A stretch of 64,000 bases of DNA, from positions 22,741 to 86,740 of the forward strand of contig JAPOKZ010000001.1 of the NCBI GenBank assembly GCA_029977385.1, given 5' to 3'. Numbering within the stretch: position 1 is the stretch's first letter; every line of letters starts with the position of its first letter. Positions 1 to 9,814 of the stretch are shown here, in pieces. Source of the stretch: Methanobacteriota archaeon (GTDB taxonomy: Archaea > Thermoplasmatota > Poseidoniia > Poseidoniales > Thalassarchaeaceae). The notes beneath the pieces are model-generated. The model saw only the letters and a program-made list of their open reading frames with translations, did no database searches and had not been told where the DNA came from. The translations under genes were made by a program, and so were the position numbers.

Positions 1-3000
1 CATCCACATCACCCACAGCAGCGTCTAGAGTCATCTGAACCTCTCTCCTCTCACCTTGGCTCCGAGCTAGTCCCTGCTCGGTTACCTCTGGCCTGCTGAT
101 AGAGAAGGGGTTGAGATCTTCCTCATCCAGAGGAACATGGGCAAGGTCGTCTCTACCAGCATACTCGATAGCTAGTTCGCGGAAGACCCAGTCGATGATG
201 CTCGATGACATCTTCACACGGCCACTTCCGCCCTCAATCATTCCGCTAGGCTCGAACTTGGTGAATGTGAATGACTTCACGAATGCGTCTATGGGCACGC
301 CGTGCTGCAATCCGATAGACACCGAGATAGCGAACTGGGACAGAAGGGCTCTCCAAGCGGCGCCTTCCTTGGAGGTCAGTAGGAATATCTCGCCGAGCTT
401 CCCGTCTTCATATTCTCCTGTGATAAGACGTACGCTGTGACCACCCACTCTGGCTTTGAAGTTCGCACCCCTCTTTCTGTGGGGGAGGGGCCTCTTGGAA
501 GCGATGTAGTTCTCAACGAGTGCCTTTGCAACAGGAACGGCCACTGGTTCTGGTAGAGGAAGGGCGCTTGCGGCCTCCTCCACCATTTTCTCGACAACAC
601 TCTCCTCTTCCTCCTCCTCATCTAGGTCAAAGGAGTCGACGAGCTGACTCATCAGGGGCTGGGAAAGCTTACTCCCGTCTCTGTATACTGCACAAGCCTT
701 GTTCATAGTAGCATGACTCAGGTTGTAAGCCTCCCTTACATCCTCGATGCTAGCATCGGATGGCATATTGATAGTCTTCGAGATTGCCCCTGAGATGAAC
801 GGTTGAGCGGCTGCCATCATCTTGACATGCGCATCCCAGGCTATGGATCTCTTGCCGTATTTACCGCACGGGGTCGCACAGTCGAACACCGCCAGATGCT
901 CTTCTTTCAGACCAGGAGCCCCCTCTATGGTGTTGTAGCCGAAGATATGATCATTCGCTGAGTCTACCTCCTGAGCGGAGAAGCCTAGGAATCCTAGAGT
1001 ATCGAAGAACGGGTCTTCGATCTGGCTTTTGGACATACCGAGTTTATCACTGCAGAAATCCTCACCTAGGATGGATGGTGAGAATGCTGATCTCAGGTCA
1101 AAAACATCTCCTAGTTTCCCTTCGATGGTAGATAGCAATGTATCATCTATGCCCGCATCCTTCAATCTGTCCAGAGGGAGGGTCGGGCAGTCGCCGATCC
1201 TCTTCGTCCCCATGATATACTCCTCTATCGCGACCGCCTCGCTCTCAGAGTAACCTAGCCTACTCAGTGCGTTCGGCACGCCGTTGTTGATTATCCTAAG
1301 AGAGCCCCCACCGGCTAGGGTCTTGTACTGCACGAGTGAGAACTGCGGCTCCACTCCTGTGGTATCTGCACCCATCACTAGGCCTATTGTCCCGGTCGGT
1401 GCAATTACCGTGGTCTGTGCATTCCTGTAACCATGTTCCTCTCCTTCCATCAATGCTCTATCCCAGCAGCTCCTGGCAGCATCGAGAAGATCCTTCGGGC
1501 ACTTCTTCGAATTGATTCCCATGGGTGCTACTGTCAGCCCCTCGTACTCGGAGGCAGGAGCATCATATGCAGCTCTCCTGTGATTTCGCATGACACGGAG
1601 CATTGCATCTGAATTCCTTTCATAGTCCGGGAAAGGACCGAGTATCGACGCCATCTCCGCGCTCGTGGCATAGCTCTCTCCGCACATAATCGAGGTTATA
1701 GCGCCGCATATCGCATATGCTCTTTCGTCGTCGTAGGGTATTCCCATGTGCATAAGGAGCGAACCGATGTTGCAGTACCCTAGGCCCAGAGTTCTGTAGT
1801 CGTAGGAACCCCTTGCTATCGACTCCGAAGGGAATTGAGCCATCAATACACTGATTTCCAGAGTGGTCGTCCAGAGTCTTACGCTATGCCTGAAGTCCTC
1901 GACCTCAAATTTGTGAGTGTCCAAGTCGTAGTAGTGAAGCAGGTTGATGCTAGACAGATTGCACGCGGTATCGTCGAGGAACATGTACTCAGAGCAAGGA
2001 TTTGATCCGTTGATCCTTCCTGCTTCAGGGCAAGTATGCCACTCGTTGATTGTCGTATCGAACTGCACCCCCGGATCCGCGCAGGCCCATGCCGTGTAGG
2101 CGACCTTATTCCAGAGCTCTCCAGCATCTAGGGTCTTGCAGGGTTCGGGGTCTCTTCCTTCCTCTGCAGCAGCCTCTCTTTCTGTCCTGAAGTACAGGTT
2201 CCAGTCCCCACCGGACTTCACAGCATCCATGAACGAGTTAGGAACTCTCACAGAGTTATTGCTATTCTGGCCTGAAACTGTGGCATAGGCTTCTCCCTGC
2301 CAGTCAGTATCAAGCGTCTCGAACTTCAGCCCCTTCCAACCCTGCTCCGCGAGATCGACGATTCTCTGGATATGAGACTGCGGAACACTGTCGTTTATGG
2401 CTCGAACCATGGATTTCCTCAAGCCTAGGTTTGTCTTTTGGCTGAATCTTCCTTCATCATCATCAAAGGTCCAAATCGAATCCATTATCGAATCTGCATG
2501 CTTCTGAAGGATGGCGCTACCGATTACTAGCGCGGAAACCTTCTCTTCCTCGGTTGGCTTCCAATCGATGTATTCCTCGATGTCAGGGTGATCTAGGTCT
2601 AGGGTCACCATCTTTGCCGCTCTCCGAGTGGTACCTCCGGATTTTATCGCTCCAGCGGCTCTGTCTCCAATCTTCAGGAAGGAGAGCAGGCCGCTCGAAG
2701 TCCCACCTCCTGAGAGAGGCTCTCCTGCGCCTCTGATGTTAGAGAAGTTCGAACCAGTTCCCGATCCGTACTTGAAAAGAAGTGCCTCTCTATTCCATAA
2801 TCCCATTATAGAATCGGAACCGCCCACAAGAGAGTCCGATACAGACTGGATGAAACAGGCGTGAGGTTGCGGATGCTCGTAAGCATTGGTGGAAAGCCCA
2901 ACCTCCCCAGTTTCGGGATCAACGAAGCTGTGGCCCTGAGCAGGGCCCTCAATTCCATAGGCCCAGTGAAGCCCTGTGTTGAACCACTGGGGGCTGTTGG

Positions 3001-3502
3001 GTGCCGAACGCTGACTTGCAATCAGGTAGCACATCTCGTCGAAGTACGCGCGGGCATCGGCCTCGCTCGCGAAGTAGCCGTACTTCCAGCCCCAGTAGGT
3101 CCAGGTCCCTGCGAGTCGACGGAAGAGCTGTCTTCCATCAATCTCACCACCCATTCTTTCGGCGGCATCCACATTCTGAAGCCGCTCGTGATCTGGCTCA
3201 CTTCGCTGTAGCCAGATTGGAACTCCGTCCTCGGGAACGTTCCGAAGGAACTTCGGAACCCCTGCCTTGCGAAGATACTTCTGGGCGCAGACCTTTCCTG
3301 GTACTCCAGTGAACCCAGAAGGCAACTTCACGCCTTCTATTGAGTCTGCCATCGACCCGTCTGGATTCCTGATCTCCACGTCCATCTCTATCCATTCGAA
3401 TGAATCGAATGGGTCCTGTCCTGCAGATGTGAACCTCCTCTCGACGACCAATCCACTTTCAGAGTCTGAACTGCTCTCAGAGGACTTTATTTTCGTCTGC
3501 AT
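1..3502 (-). CDS. nrdJ: Class II (adenosylcobalamin-dependent) ribonucleotide reductase, 3' end truncated by window edge
   Basis: Not in ORF track. Manual minus-strand translation from ATG 3502 (SD-like AGGAGGAAGG upstream) gives MQTKIKSS...; motifs PNSPQWFNTG, HACFIQ, GSGTGSNFS, SGGTTRRAAKM, SNPCSEYMFLDDTACNL, APTGTIG, SGAISKTINMP, VYRDGSK, and a C-terminal TSCPD-like region (GEYEDGKLGEIF). Confidence 0.95.
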   Translation of the reverse strand, partial: MQTKIKSSESSSDSESGLVVERRFTSAGQDPFDSFEWIEMDVEIRNPDGSMADSIEGVKLPSGFTGVPGKVCAQKYLRKAGVPKFLRNVPEDGVPIWLQRSEPDHERLQNVDAAERMGGEIDGRQLFRRLAGTWTYWGWKYGYFASEADARAYFDEMCYLIASQRSAPNSPQWFNTGLHWAYGIEGPAQGHSFVDPETGEVGLSTNAYEHPQPHACFIQSVSDSLVGGSDSIMGLWNREALLFKYGSGTGSNFSNIRGAGEPLSGGGTSSGLLSFLKIGDRAAGAIKSGGTTRRAAKMVTLDLDHPDIEEYIDWKPTEEEKVSALVIGSAILQKHADSIMDSIWTFDDDEGRFSQKTNLGLRKSMVRAINDSVPQSHIQRIVDLAEQGWKGLKFETLDTDWQGEAYATVSGQNSNNSVRVPNSFMDAVKSGGDWNLYFRTEREAAAEEGRDPEPCKTLDAGELWNKVAYTAWACADPGVQFDTTINEWHTCPEAGRINGSNPCSEYMFLDDTACNLSSINLLHYYDLDTHKFEVEDFRHSVRLWTTTLEISVLMAQFPSESIARGSYDYRTLGLGYCNIGSLLMHMGIPYDDERAYAICGAITSIMCGESYATSAEMASILGPFPDYERNSDAMLRVMRNHRRAAYDAPASEYEGLTVAPMGINSKKCPKDLLDAARSCWDRALMEGEEHGYRNAQTTVIAPTGTIGLVMGADTTGVEPQFSLVQYKTLAGGGSLRIINNGVPNALSRLGYSESEAVAIEEYIMGTKRIGDCPTLPLDRLKDAGIDDTLLSTIEGKLGDVFDLRSAFSPSILGEDFCSDKLGMSKSQIEDPFFDTLGFLGFSAQEVDSANDHIFGYNTIEGAPGLKEEHLAVFDCATPCGKYGKRSIAWDAHVKMMAAAQPFISGAISKTINMPSDASIEDVREAYNLSHATMNKACAVYRDGSKLSQPLMSQLVDSFDLDEEEEEESVVEKMVEEAASALPLPEPVAVPVAKALVENYIASKRPLPHRKRGANFKARVGGHSVRLITGEYEDGKLGEIFLLTSKEGAAWRALLSQFAISVSIGLQHGVPIDAFVKSFTFTKFEPSGMIEGGSGRVKMSSSIIDWVFRELAIEYAGRDDLAHVPLDEEDLNPFSISRPEVTEQGLARSQGERREVQMTLDAAVGDVD

Positions 3503-3665
3503 TATTTCCTTCCTCCTGTATTGCTCAACTCGGGAAAGCTCCCGGCCGCGCAAGGGATTTGCTCTTCCGGATGGGGGGTGTTTAATGCTTAGGTTCGAAC
3601 CTCCCATAAGGAGGTCTGTTTTCACGAAAATATTGTCAATTCCAATTTCGTCAGCGAACAACAAC

Positions 3666-4058
3666 TCAGGAATTCATTTCAAGAGACCACACCAATTCTG
3701 CACCAGAACGCGTAATCATAATTCCAACACTACAGTGCTTATCGTGGCTGCTTTCAATTAGTCTCCTAACTAATTCCTCTGGTACATCGCCTTTCACTAT
3801 GTACCTCATTCTTACGGCCGTGAAGACCTTGGGTGACTTGTCTGCTCTATCTGCTTCGATTTCAACCTTGATGAACTCGAGGTTTTCCTTCCTATGTTTC
3901 AGACCGTCAATAACGTCAATCAAAGAACAGGCAGCATGACCGTGAAGTACCATTTCCATTGGACTGGGTGATTCTGAGTCATAAATTCCGAATGTTTTCC
4001 CTGCTCCGGTAGTTCCCACATAGCCAGAAGATTCGGTCCACATCACTTCTCCATTCAT
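3666..4058 (-). CDS. OsmC/YhfA-family protein
   Basis: [14 protein letters not shown]...DKHCSVG two-Cys OsmC signature. Start moved to ATG 4058 (TTCAA box 29 nt upstream); ORF track begins at 4100. Confidence 0.85.
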   Translation of the reverse strand: MNGEVMWTESSGYVGTTGAGKTFGIYDSESPSPMEMVLHGHAACSLIDVIDGLKHRKENLEFIKVEIEADRADKSPKVFTAVRMRYIVKGDVPEELVRRLIESSHDKHCSVGIMITRSGAELVWSLEMNS

Positions 4059-4133
4059 GTACCTTCGAAACAACGCACCCCCTTGAAGGGTTGGCTTCAT
4101 CTATCACTTTCCAGTCGGAGTAGATTGGTGGGC

Positions 4134-5363
4134 ATGTCGGAAGGAGAACAAATATCAATTTCAGATGGGGAATTAATGGTCCCCAACAATCCAGTGATTC
4201 ACTTTATAGAAGGCGATGGAATTGGTGTGGATATTACGCCAGTGATGATCAGTGTCGTTGACAGTTCTGTTGAATTGGCATATTCTGGAGAAAGGAAGAT
4301 TCACTGGAGAGAAGTACTTGCCGGACAGAAAGCATTTGATTCCAATGGGGAATGGCTTCCTGAGGAAACCAAGAAGTCAATGAGAGAGAACCTGATTTCT
4401 ATCAAAGGTCCGCTAACTACTCCAGTCGGAGGAGGGATAAGGAGCTTGAACGTGGCACTGAGGCAGCAATTGGATTTATTCGCCTGCGTTAGACCAGTTA
4501 GATGGTTCGACGGAACTCCTAGCCCAGTCAAAGATCCCGGCTCGGTTGATATGGTAATATTCAGGGAAAACAGTGAGGATGTCTACGCAGGGATAGAATG
4601 GGAGTCCGGCAGTCCAGAGGTTAGACGAGTCATAGATTTCCTTCAGAATGAGATGGGAGTAGACAAAATCCGATTTCCAGATACATCTGGTTTGGGAATC
4701 AAACCAATTAGTCAAGAAGGAACCTCAAGGATAGTCAGGGCCGCAATCAAGTATGCAATAGAAAATGACAGAGGCAGCGTTACGCTGGTACACAAGGGCA
4801 ACATCATGAAGTTTACCGAGGGAGGATTCAGGGATTGGGGCTACAGTATCGCGAAGGAGGAGTTTGGGGCATCCGAGATCGATGGGGGCCCCTGGTGCTC
4901 ATTCCAAAACCCGAATACAGGGACTGAGATAATTGTGAAGGACGTTATCGCAGATGCGATGCTTCAACAGGTCTTGACACGACCGAGAGAATATGAGGTT
5001 CTGGCTACTATGAACCTGAATGGAGATTACATCTCAGATGCACTAGCCGCACAAGTAGGAGGAATTGGCATTGCTCCTGGTGCAAACATCAACTATGATA
5101 CGGGCGTGGCAATATTCGAGGCTACTCACGGCACGGCTCCTAAGTATGCAGGACAGGACAAGGTTAACCCCGGAAGTCTGATTCTTTCTGCAGAGATGAT
5201 GCTCAGACACATGGGTTGGACTGAATCGGCAGATTTGATTGTAAAGGGCATGGAGGGAGCAATCTCTTCAAAGAAGGTGACTTATGACTTTGAGAGACTA
5301 ATGGAAGACGCTACCCTTCTTTCCTGTTCGGATTTCGGTCGAACAATAGTGTCTCACATGTAG
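4134..5363 (+). CDS. icd: NADP-dependent isocitrate dehydrogenase (E. coli-type)
   Basis: [65 protein letters not shown]. Likely start ATG 4134 (MSEGEQ). Confidence 0.97.
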   Translation: MSEGEQISISDGELMVPNNPVIHFIEGDGIGVDITPVMISVVDSSVELAYSGERKIHWREVLAGQKAFDSNGEWLPEETKKSMRENLISIKGPLTTPVGGGIRSLNVALRQQLDLFACVRPVRWFDGTPSPVKDPGSVDMVIFRENSEDVYAGIEWESGSPEVRRVIDFLQNEMGVDKIRFPDTSGLGIKPISQEGTSRIVRAAIKYAIENDRGSVTLVHKGNIMKFTEGGFRDWGYSIAKEEFGASEIDGGPWCSFQNPNTGTEIIVKDVIADAMLQQVLTRPREYEVLATMNLNGDYISDALAAQVGGIGIAPGANINYDTGVAIFEATHGTAPKYAGQDKVNPGSLILSAEMMLRHMGWTESADLIVKGMEGAISSKKVTYDFERLMEDATLLSCSDFGRTIVSHM

Positions 5364-5373
5364 GTCAGCTACG

Positions 5374-6024
5374 ATGGACGAAGCTAGAGAAAGGATGCTC
5401 GAGATTTTCAATCTTTCAGAGGATTCCAAGAACCCCCTGTCCTGGTTTGAAGATCTCTACGGTAGCTCTCGAGGAGATAGGAATCTAATTCCATGGGATT
5501 GGATGGAACCTCATCCTTTCCTAGTGGAATGGATAGAGGAGAACCAGCAGACGGGACGTGCTCTGGTTGTTGGCTCTGGCCTGGGCGAGGACGCAGCCTT
5601 CCTGTATGAGAATGGGTGGGAAGTGACGGCGTTTGACGTATCTGAGTCGGCGGTTGATTGGGCAAGTCAATTGCATAAGGGAAAAGAGATTGAGTGGTTG
5701 GTTGGAGACCTCGTCCATCCCGAAGAGACATGGAAAGGTGCATTTGATCTGGTCCTCGAGGTACACATCCTACAAGCAATACCTGAAGAAATAAGGAATA
5801 TGGCCTACAGGAATCTATCCCCCCTTCTAGACAGAGACGGTCTTCTGATGTGCATAGGTAGGTTGGCAGATGGTCTAGAGGACAAGGGAGAGGCCCCTCC
5901 TTGGCCCTTATCCAGAGATTTCATTCTCCATATAGGAAAGGGCCTATCCGAAGTAGAGTTCCATACTGCAGTGATTCCTGGAAAGGAGGAGATAAGATAC
6001 AGAGCAGTCTGGAAAAGGGACTGA
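5374..6024 (+). CDS. Class I SAM-dependent methyltransferase (TPMT/TehB-like)
   Basis: Motif I ALVVGSGLGEDA, VTAFDVSESAV, FDLVLE, PPWPLS. Confidence 0.85.
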   Translation: MDEARERMLEIFNLSEDSKNPLSWFEDLYGSSRGDRNLIPWDWMEPHPFLVEWIEENQQTGRALVVGSGLGEDAAFLYENGWEVTAFDVSESAVDWASQLHKGKEIEWLVGDLVHPEETWKGAFDLVLEVHILQAIPEEIRNMAYRNLSPLLDRDGLLMCIGRLADGLEDKGEAPPWPLSRDFILHIGKGLSEVEFHTAVIPGKEEIRYRAVWKRD

Positions 6025-7020
6025 CTATCGCTCAGACCACATCTTTAGCCACTCTGCTATATTTCTCTCAATGTCATCTTCAGATACTTCCCTGTCCACG
6101 ACTTCCCCATCCTCAGTAGGCTTAATTCTACAACCACATGCATTGGCATGCCCGCCTCCATCGGAATCGAAACGAGTTGCTAGAGCCGTCAAGTCGTAAA
6201 TTCCGCCTGTTCGATGTAGGAATGAGTTTGTGTAGAAAGACGCAGACAAGGGGTATCTTCCAGAGTCTCCGAATGACGCACCCAAATCTCCATGAATAAT
6301 CATGCATGCATCACACTCGTCCCCGGCCATAGCTGTGACATAGTAGCCATTTGAGCGGATTCCAGAACCGTCAAACCGAACTATCGCTATTCTGTCGTCG
6401 ATGCGCATATTAGAGAGAATAATCTCATTCAGTAACCCTAACTCCTCCTCCTTCTCAGAGACCAACTTGGAAATCTTTGCATCGTTCAGAATATCTTCGG
6501 TCGACACCCCAACTCTCAATTGCTCAAGAATCCAAGATGCAGTACCTTCTTCGGAATCAACTATCCTACTTAGCCAGATTGCGGGGTCATGGGAAAGAAA
6601 CTCTTCCTTGGATATTGATCCACTGTCAATCTTGTCGACCCAATCTAGTAAACCTTCAAGATCAGAAAGATCGATAATTTGGTGGAATAGTTCGAATGCG
6701 ATTCGGGCCGCTGAAGGCTTGTCCTCCCATACCACAATTGCTCTGCCCTCATTCTTCTCCGATCGATTTGATTGATGGTGATCTATGCTCAACCCACAGT
6801 TTGGGTGTACTGGTAAATCACATATTGCAGTCCATTCATCAATCAACTCATCATAAACACCGGCCCGCAGTTCTCCTGGATGACCGAAGACGACTTCTGC
6901 ATCCGTCCACCACCTCCTCAGTATTGCCGCAGTTACCACTCCATCTAGATCACTATCCGTGACAATACGTCTGATCTCCAAATCTGACGGGTGTATCGTC
7001 ATAGTGTCTGGGAGAAGCAT
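6025..7020 (-). CDS. DHH-family phosphoesterase (NrnA/nanoRNase-like)
   Basis: DSDLDG, ICDL, IDHH, SAAR and C-terminal GGGHANACG motifs. Confidence 0.85.
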   Translation of the reverse strand: MLLPDTMTIHPSDLEIRRIVTDSDLDGVVTAAILRRWWTDAEVVFGHPGELRAGVYDELIDEWTAICDLPVHPNCGLSIDHHQSNRSEKNEGRAIVVWEDKPSAARIAFELFHQIIDLSDLEGLLDWVDKIDSGSISKEEFLSHDPAIWLSRIVDSEEGTASWILEQLRVGVSTEDILNDAKISKLVSEKEEELGLLNEIILSNMRIDDRIAIVRFDGSGIRSNGYYVTAMAGDECDACMIIHGDLGASFGDSGRYPLSASFYTNSFLHRTGGIYDLTALATRFDSDGGGHANACGCRIKPTEDGEVVDREVSEDDIERNIAEWLKMWSER

Positions 7021-7095
7021 CCCGTCAATGGTGGTTTCGTGTCATGAAACATAATCACGGAAGGTTTTCATCTCGAACAGATTCACGACCAAGAT

Positions 7096-7530
7096 ATGCC
7101 GAGTAAACAGGGACCTCTCGAGACCTCTTGTGGTTTCATTTTGCTTAACTTCGACAGTATTCTCCTTCTCCAGTACCCACAGGGACACTGGAGCTTCCCC
7201 AAGGGGCATGTCGAGAAGGGCGATGCTGATCATCATTCTACTGCTCTGAGAGAACTTACCGAAGAAACCGGCATATCAGACATCATGATTGACAATGAAT
7301 GGAGTAAGAAGACCGAGTATACCTTTTTCAGAAAGGGTAGGGAAACCCCAAAAGAGGTCTTCTGGTACTTGGCAGAGACAGATGAGCTAGAGGTAAGACT
7401 CTCTCATGAACACAACAACTACCTCTGGCTGCAGTTCGACGAAGCAGAGGAACAGATAACATTCGAGCAAGAGAAGGAACTACTCAGTTCTGTAAGGAAT
7501 CATCTTAGATCCATCGGACGTAGTCTATGA
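7096..7530 (+). CDS. Nudix hydrolase, Ap4A hydrolase (NUDT2)-like
   Basis: HWSFPKGHVEKG...ALRELTEETG Nudix box; LSHEH...W motif typical of asymmetric Ap4A hydrolases. Confidence 0.85.
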   Translation: MPSKQGPLETSCGFILLNFDSILLLQYPQGHWSFPKGHVEKGDADHHSTALRELTEETGISDIMIDNEWSKKTEYTFFRKGRETPKEVFWYLAETDELEVRLSHEHNNYLWLQFDEAEEQITFEQEKELLSSVRNHLRSIGRSL

Positions 7531-8142
7531 CTCAGCTTCTCTTTTTCCTAGAGGAGTCCAAAGGGTCTCCACCTCGCCGGTATTTTTGGCAATCCATCGT
7601 CCCATAACAAACAACCAGTCTGAAATTCTGTTAAGATAGCAAATTACCTCCTCCCTGATCGAACCTTCTCCCTCGACGCTTCTCAAATGACAAGCCTCCC
7701 TCTCCGCTCTTCTAGCAACGGTTCTAGCAACATGTAGGAACGCAACCGGGGCGGTTCCCATAGGTAAGATGAAAGATTCAAGAGGCTGTAGTTCCTTGAT
7801 CCAATCATCCATTTCTTCAATTAGCCTATCACACTCATTCATCCCTACCAGCGCCATTTGCTCTGGCAGCTTCCCTGGACTACAGGCGCACTCCCCGCCT
7901 ATATCGAATAACTCCTGCTGGACCCTATTCAATGCTTCATCAGCCTCACCAGGACGATGGAATCTTGTCACGCCAGGCATTCTTCCGAACTCCATTCTGA
8001 CTACGCCAATTTGCGAATTCAACTCATCTATAGTACCGTAAAGTGCAACTCTAGGACTCTCTTTCCCGACCTTCTTTCCATCAAGCAGGGATGTCTCTCC
8101 ACCGTCCCCGGTTCCAGTATGGACTCTGGTAATGCGAACCAT
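7525..8142 (-). CDS. pduO: PduO-type ATP:cob(I)alamin adenosyltransferase
   Basis: TGTGDGGET, YGTIDELNS, QQELFDIG, FILP, ARTVARRAER, YLNRISDWLF. Confidence 0.93.
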   Translation of the reverse strand: MVRITRVHTGTGDGGETSLLDGKKVGKESPRVALYGTIDELNSQIGVVRMEFGRMPGVTRFHRPGEADEALNRVQQELFDIGGECACSPGKLPEQMALVGMNECDRLIEEMDDWIKELQPLESFILPMGTAPVAFLHVARTVARRAEREACHLRSVEGEGSIREEVICYLNRISDWLFVMGRWIAKNTGEVETLWTPLGKREAES

Positions 8143-8176
8143 AGAGTTCCGAGGGGGTCCACGTTTTCAATCGTAC

Positions 8177-8887
8177 TCAGATTGGGTCTGAGGCCGAAAG
8201 TCCCCGCTCAATCGCCTCAATCCATGACTCATCAACAGTTTCCCAGCCCCCCAATTTCTCGAGCTCTACTAGACATCCCCTTTCCTCCACTTGGTCGTTT
8301 AGATGTCTATGAATGAGAATCAGAGCCGCGTAACTCATAGAATTAATCCATTGATCTTCCATATCCCATGATCTCTCAAAATGCGCTTTAGCTCCATTGG
8401 GTCCTTCTATCAAGCCTCTATGTATCTGCCTGAGTCCAGACTTTGACCATGCAATTCCGGGAACGCCGATCACAAGTCCCCTGAACGCAAGATACATCTC
8501 CAGCGTTACCATTGTGCTGGCAAGAAGAAAAGACCCAATTTGCTCTGCTTGGTCCGCAAACTCCCACCTCGAGGAAAGAAGACTGATCCCTCCTATACAG
8601 AACAAGACTCCCGCAAGAGGGGCGACAATCACATCAGTCTTCGTCAGACTCATATCTCTAATGCCAAAGACAACGAAAACTCCTCCCAGAAACACGGAAA
8701 TCGACGCAGGAAGATCTTCTCCAGGCCCCTCTGGACTTGTACTTGCAATCCATAGTATCAGAGCCCCTGCAAATAGGAACATGGCGAATCTGGAGCCCTT
8801 TTCAGGAAAGGGCTGAAGTCTACTAAGATAGTAGCAATAGGCTCCCAAAACAAGAAGAAGAGAAATCCAAAGAAACAATTCAATCAT
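8177..8887 (-). CDS. Hypothetical integral membrane protein (about 5 TM plus soluble helical C-terminus)
   Basis: Several hydrophobic segments in the N-terminal two thirds; start overlaps the stop of the upstream ORF. Confidence 0.7.
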   Translation of the reverse strand: MIELFLWISLLLVLGAYCYYLSRLQPFPEKGSRFAMFLFAGALILWIASTSPEGPGEDLPASISVFLGGVFVVFGIRDMSLTKTDVIVAPLAGVLFCIGGISLLSSRWEFADQAEQIGSFLLASTMVTLEMYLAFRGLVIGVPGIAWSKSGLRQIHRGLIEGPNGAKAHFERSWDMEDQWINSMSYAALILIHRHLNDQVEERGCLVELEKLGGWETVDESWIEAIERGLSASDPI

Positions 8888-9197
8888 CTACCTTGCTGCC
8901 CCATCCTGCCTTCCAAAAGTTCTCGTCATCCAGTAAATCTGACCATTCCGAATCACCTGCTCCCAAGAGCAACATAGCCCTTCTTTCTAGCCCCTCCAGG
9001 AGTGCCTCATCCACCTCTTTGTCAGAAAATGACTTCTGCCACCTACCTCTGATAGACTGAACTTCCAGTTGCCCAGCCTCTCTGTTATCGTAACTCTTCT
9101 CGCAAACCTCCCTAAGATCTTGGATCCACATCTTCGAACTTCTGATATGCGGCTCGCTGTGGGGAGTCTTCTTCGTTCGGAAGGGCCACCATCTCAT
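8880..9197 (-). CDS. Hypothetical protein
   Basis: 105-aa ORF filling the gap, overlapping the next gene by 8 nt; protein-like composition. Confidence 0.6.
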   Translation of the reverse strand: MRWWPFRTKKTPHSEPHIRSSKMWIQDLREVCEKSYDNREAGQLEVQSIRGRWQKSFSDKEVDEALLEGLERRAMLLLGAGDSEWSDLLDDENFWKAGWGSKVDD

Positions 9198-9273
9198 GGG
9201 AACAGACTGACGTCGAAGCCAGACGTCTTGATGCTTTGTGAACCCCTAAGTGCACAAGCCTTCGCGTGATATC

Positions 9274-9708
9274 ATGGGTCGTGTTGTAGTACACATGGAT
9301 AGTAACCCGAAGGACAGCGATATTGCATCTATCATCAGAAAATACGAGGAGCGAGTCAAATCAAGAGGCATATCCATAGAGATATTCGGAATCAAACGCG
9401 GATCCAAGAACTATGAATCAGAACTTTCCAGATTGCCAGGGCGACTCATACTTCTAGACGAGACTGGATCCACAATGTCAAGTGAGGGAATGGCCGCATG
9501 GCTAAACTCAGCAAATCTCGAAGGCAACCCTACAAATCTAGCAGTAGGACCCCCAGACGGATTCAGCGATGAAATCAAGGAATCCGCCGATCAACTAATC
9601 TCTCTGTCGAACCTGACACTTACCCATGAGATGGCAGCTGCCCTACTGATGGAGCAGCTCTACAGGGCATCTGAAATTAACCGCGGTTCCACTTATCACA
9701 GGAATTGA
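9274..9708 (+). CDS. rlmH: RlmH-like SPOUT 23S rRNA pseudouridine-1915 methyltransferase
   Basis: LILLDETG..SSE, AVGPPDGFS, ISLSNLTLTHEMA...LMEQLYRA..I..G..YH. ATG 9274 preferred over GTG 9250. Confidence 0.88.
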   Translation: MGRVVVHMDSNPKDSDIASIIRKYEERVKSRGISIEIFGIKRGSKNYESELSRLPGRLILLDETGSTMSSEGMAAWLNSANLEGNPTNLAVGPPDGFSDEIKESADQLISLSNLTLTHEMAAALLMEQLYRASEINRGSTYHRN

Positions 9709-9814
9709 AAATCCCAGATGATACATCGGAGCTTCTGTGATACGCAAACCGTCTTATCGTGCAACCCATTGATAAGCATCCATATTTGGGCAACTACTTG
9801 CCCGAGGGTAAGCA

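Noticed and set aside
111..3761. Many short ORFs at the left end suggesting a fragmented region
   Set aside because: All overlap the continuous minus-strand nrdJ frame, which the track omits because it lacks a stop in the window.
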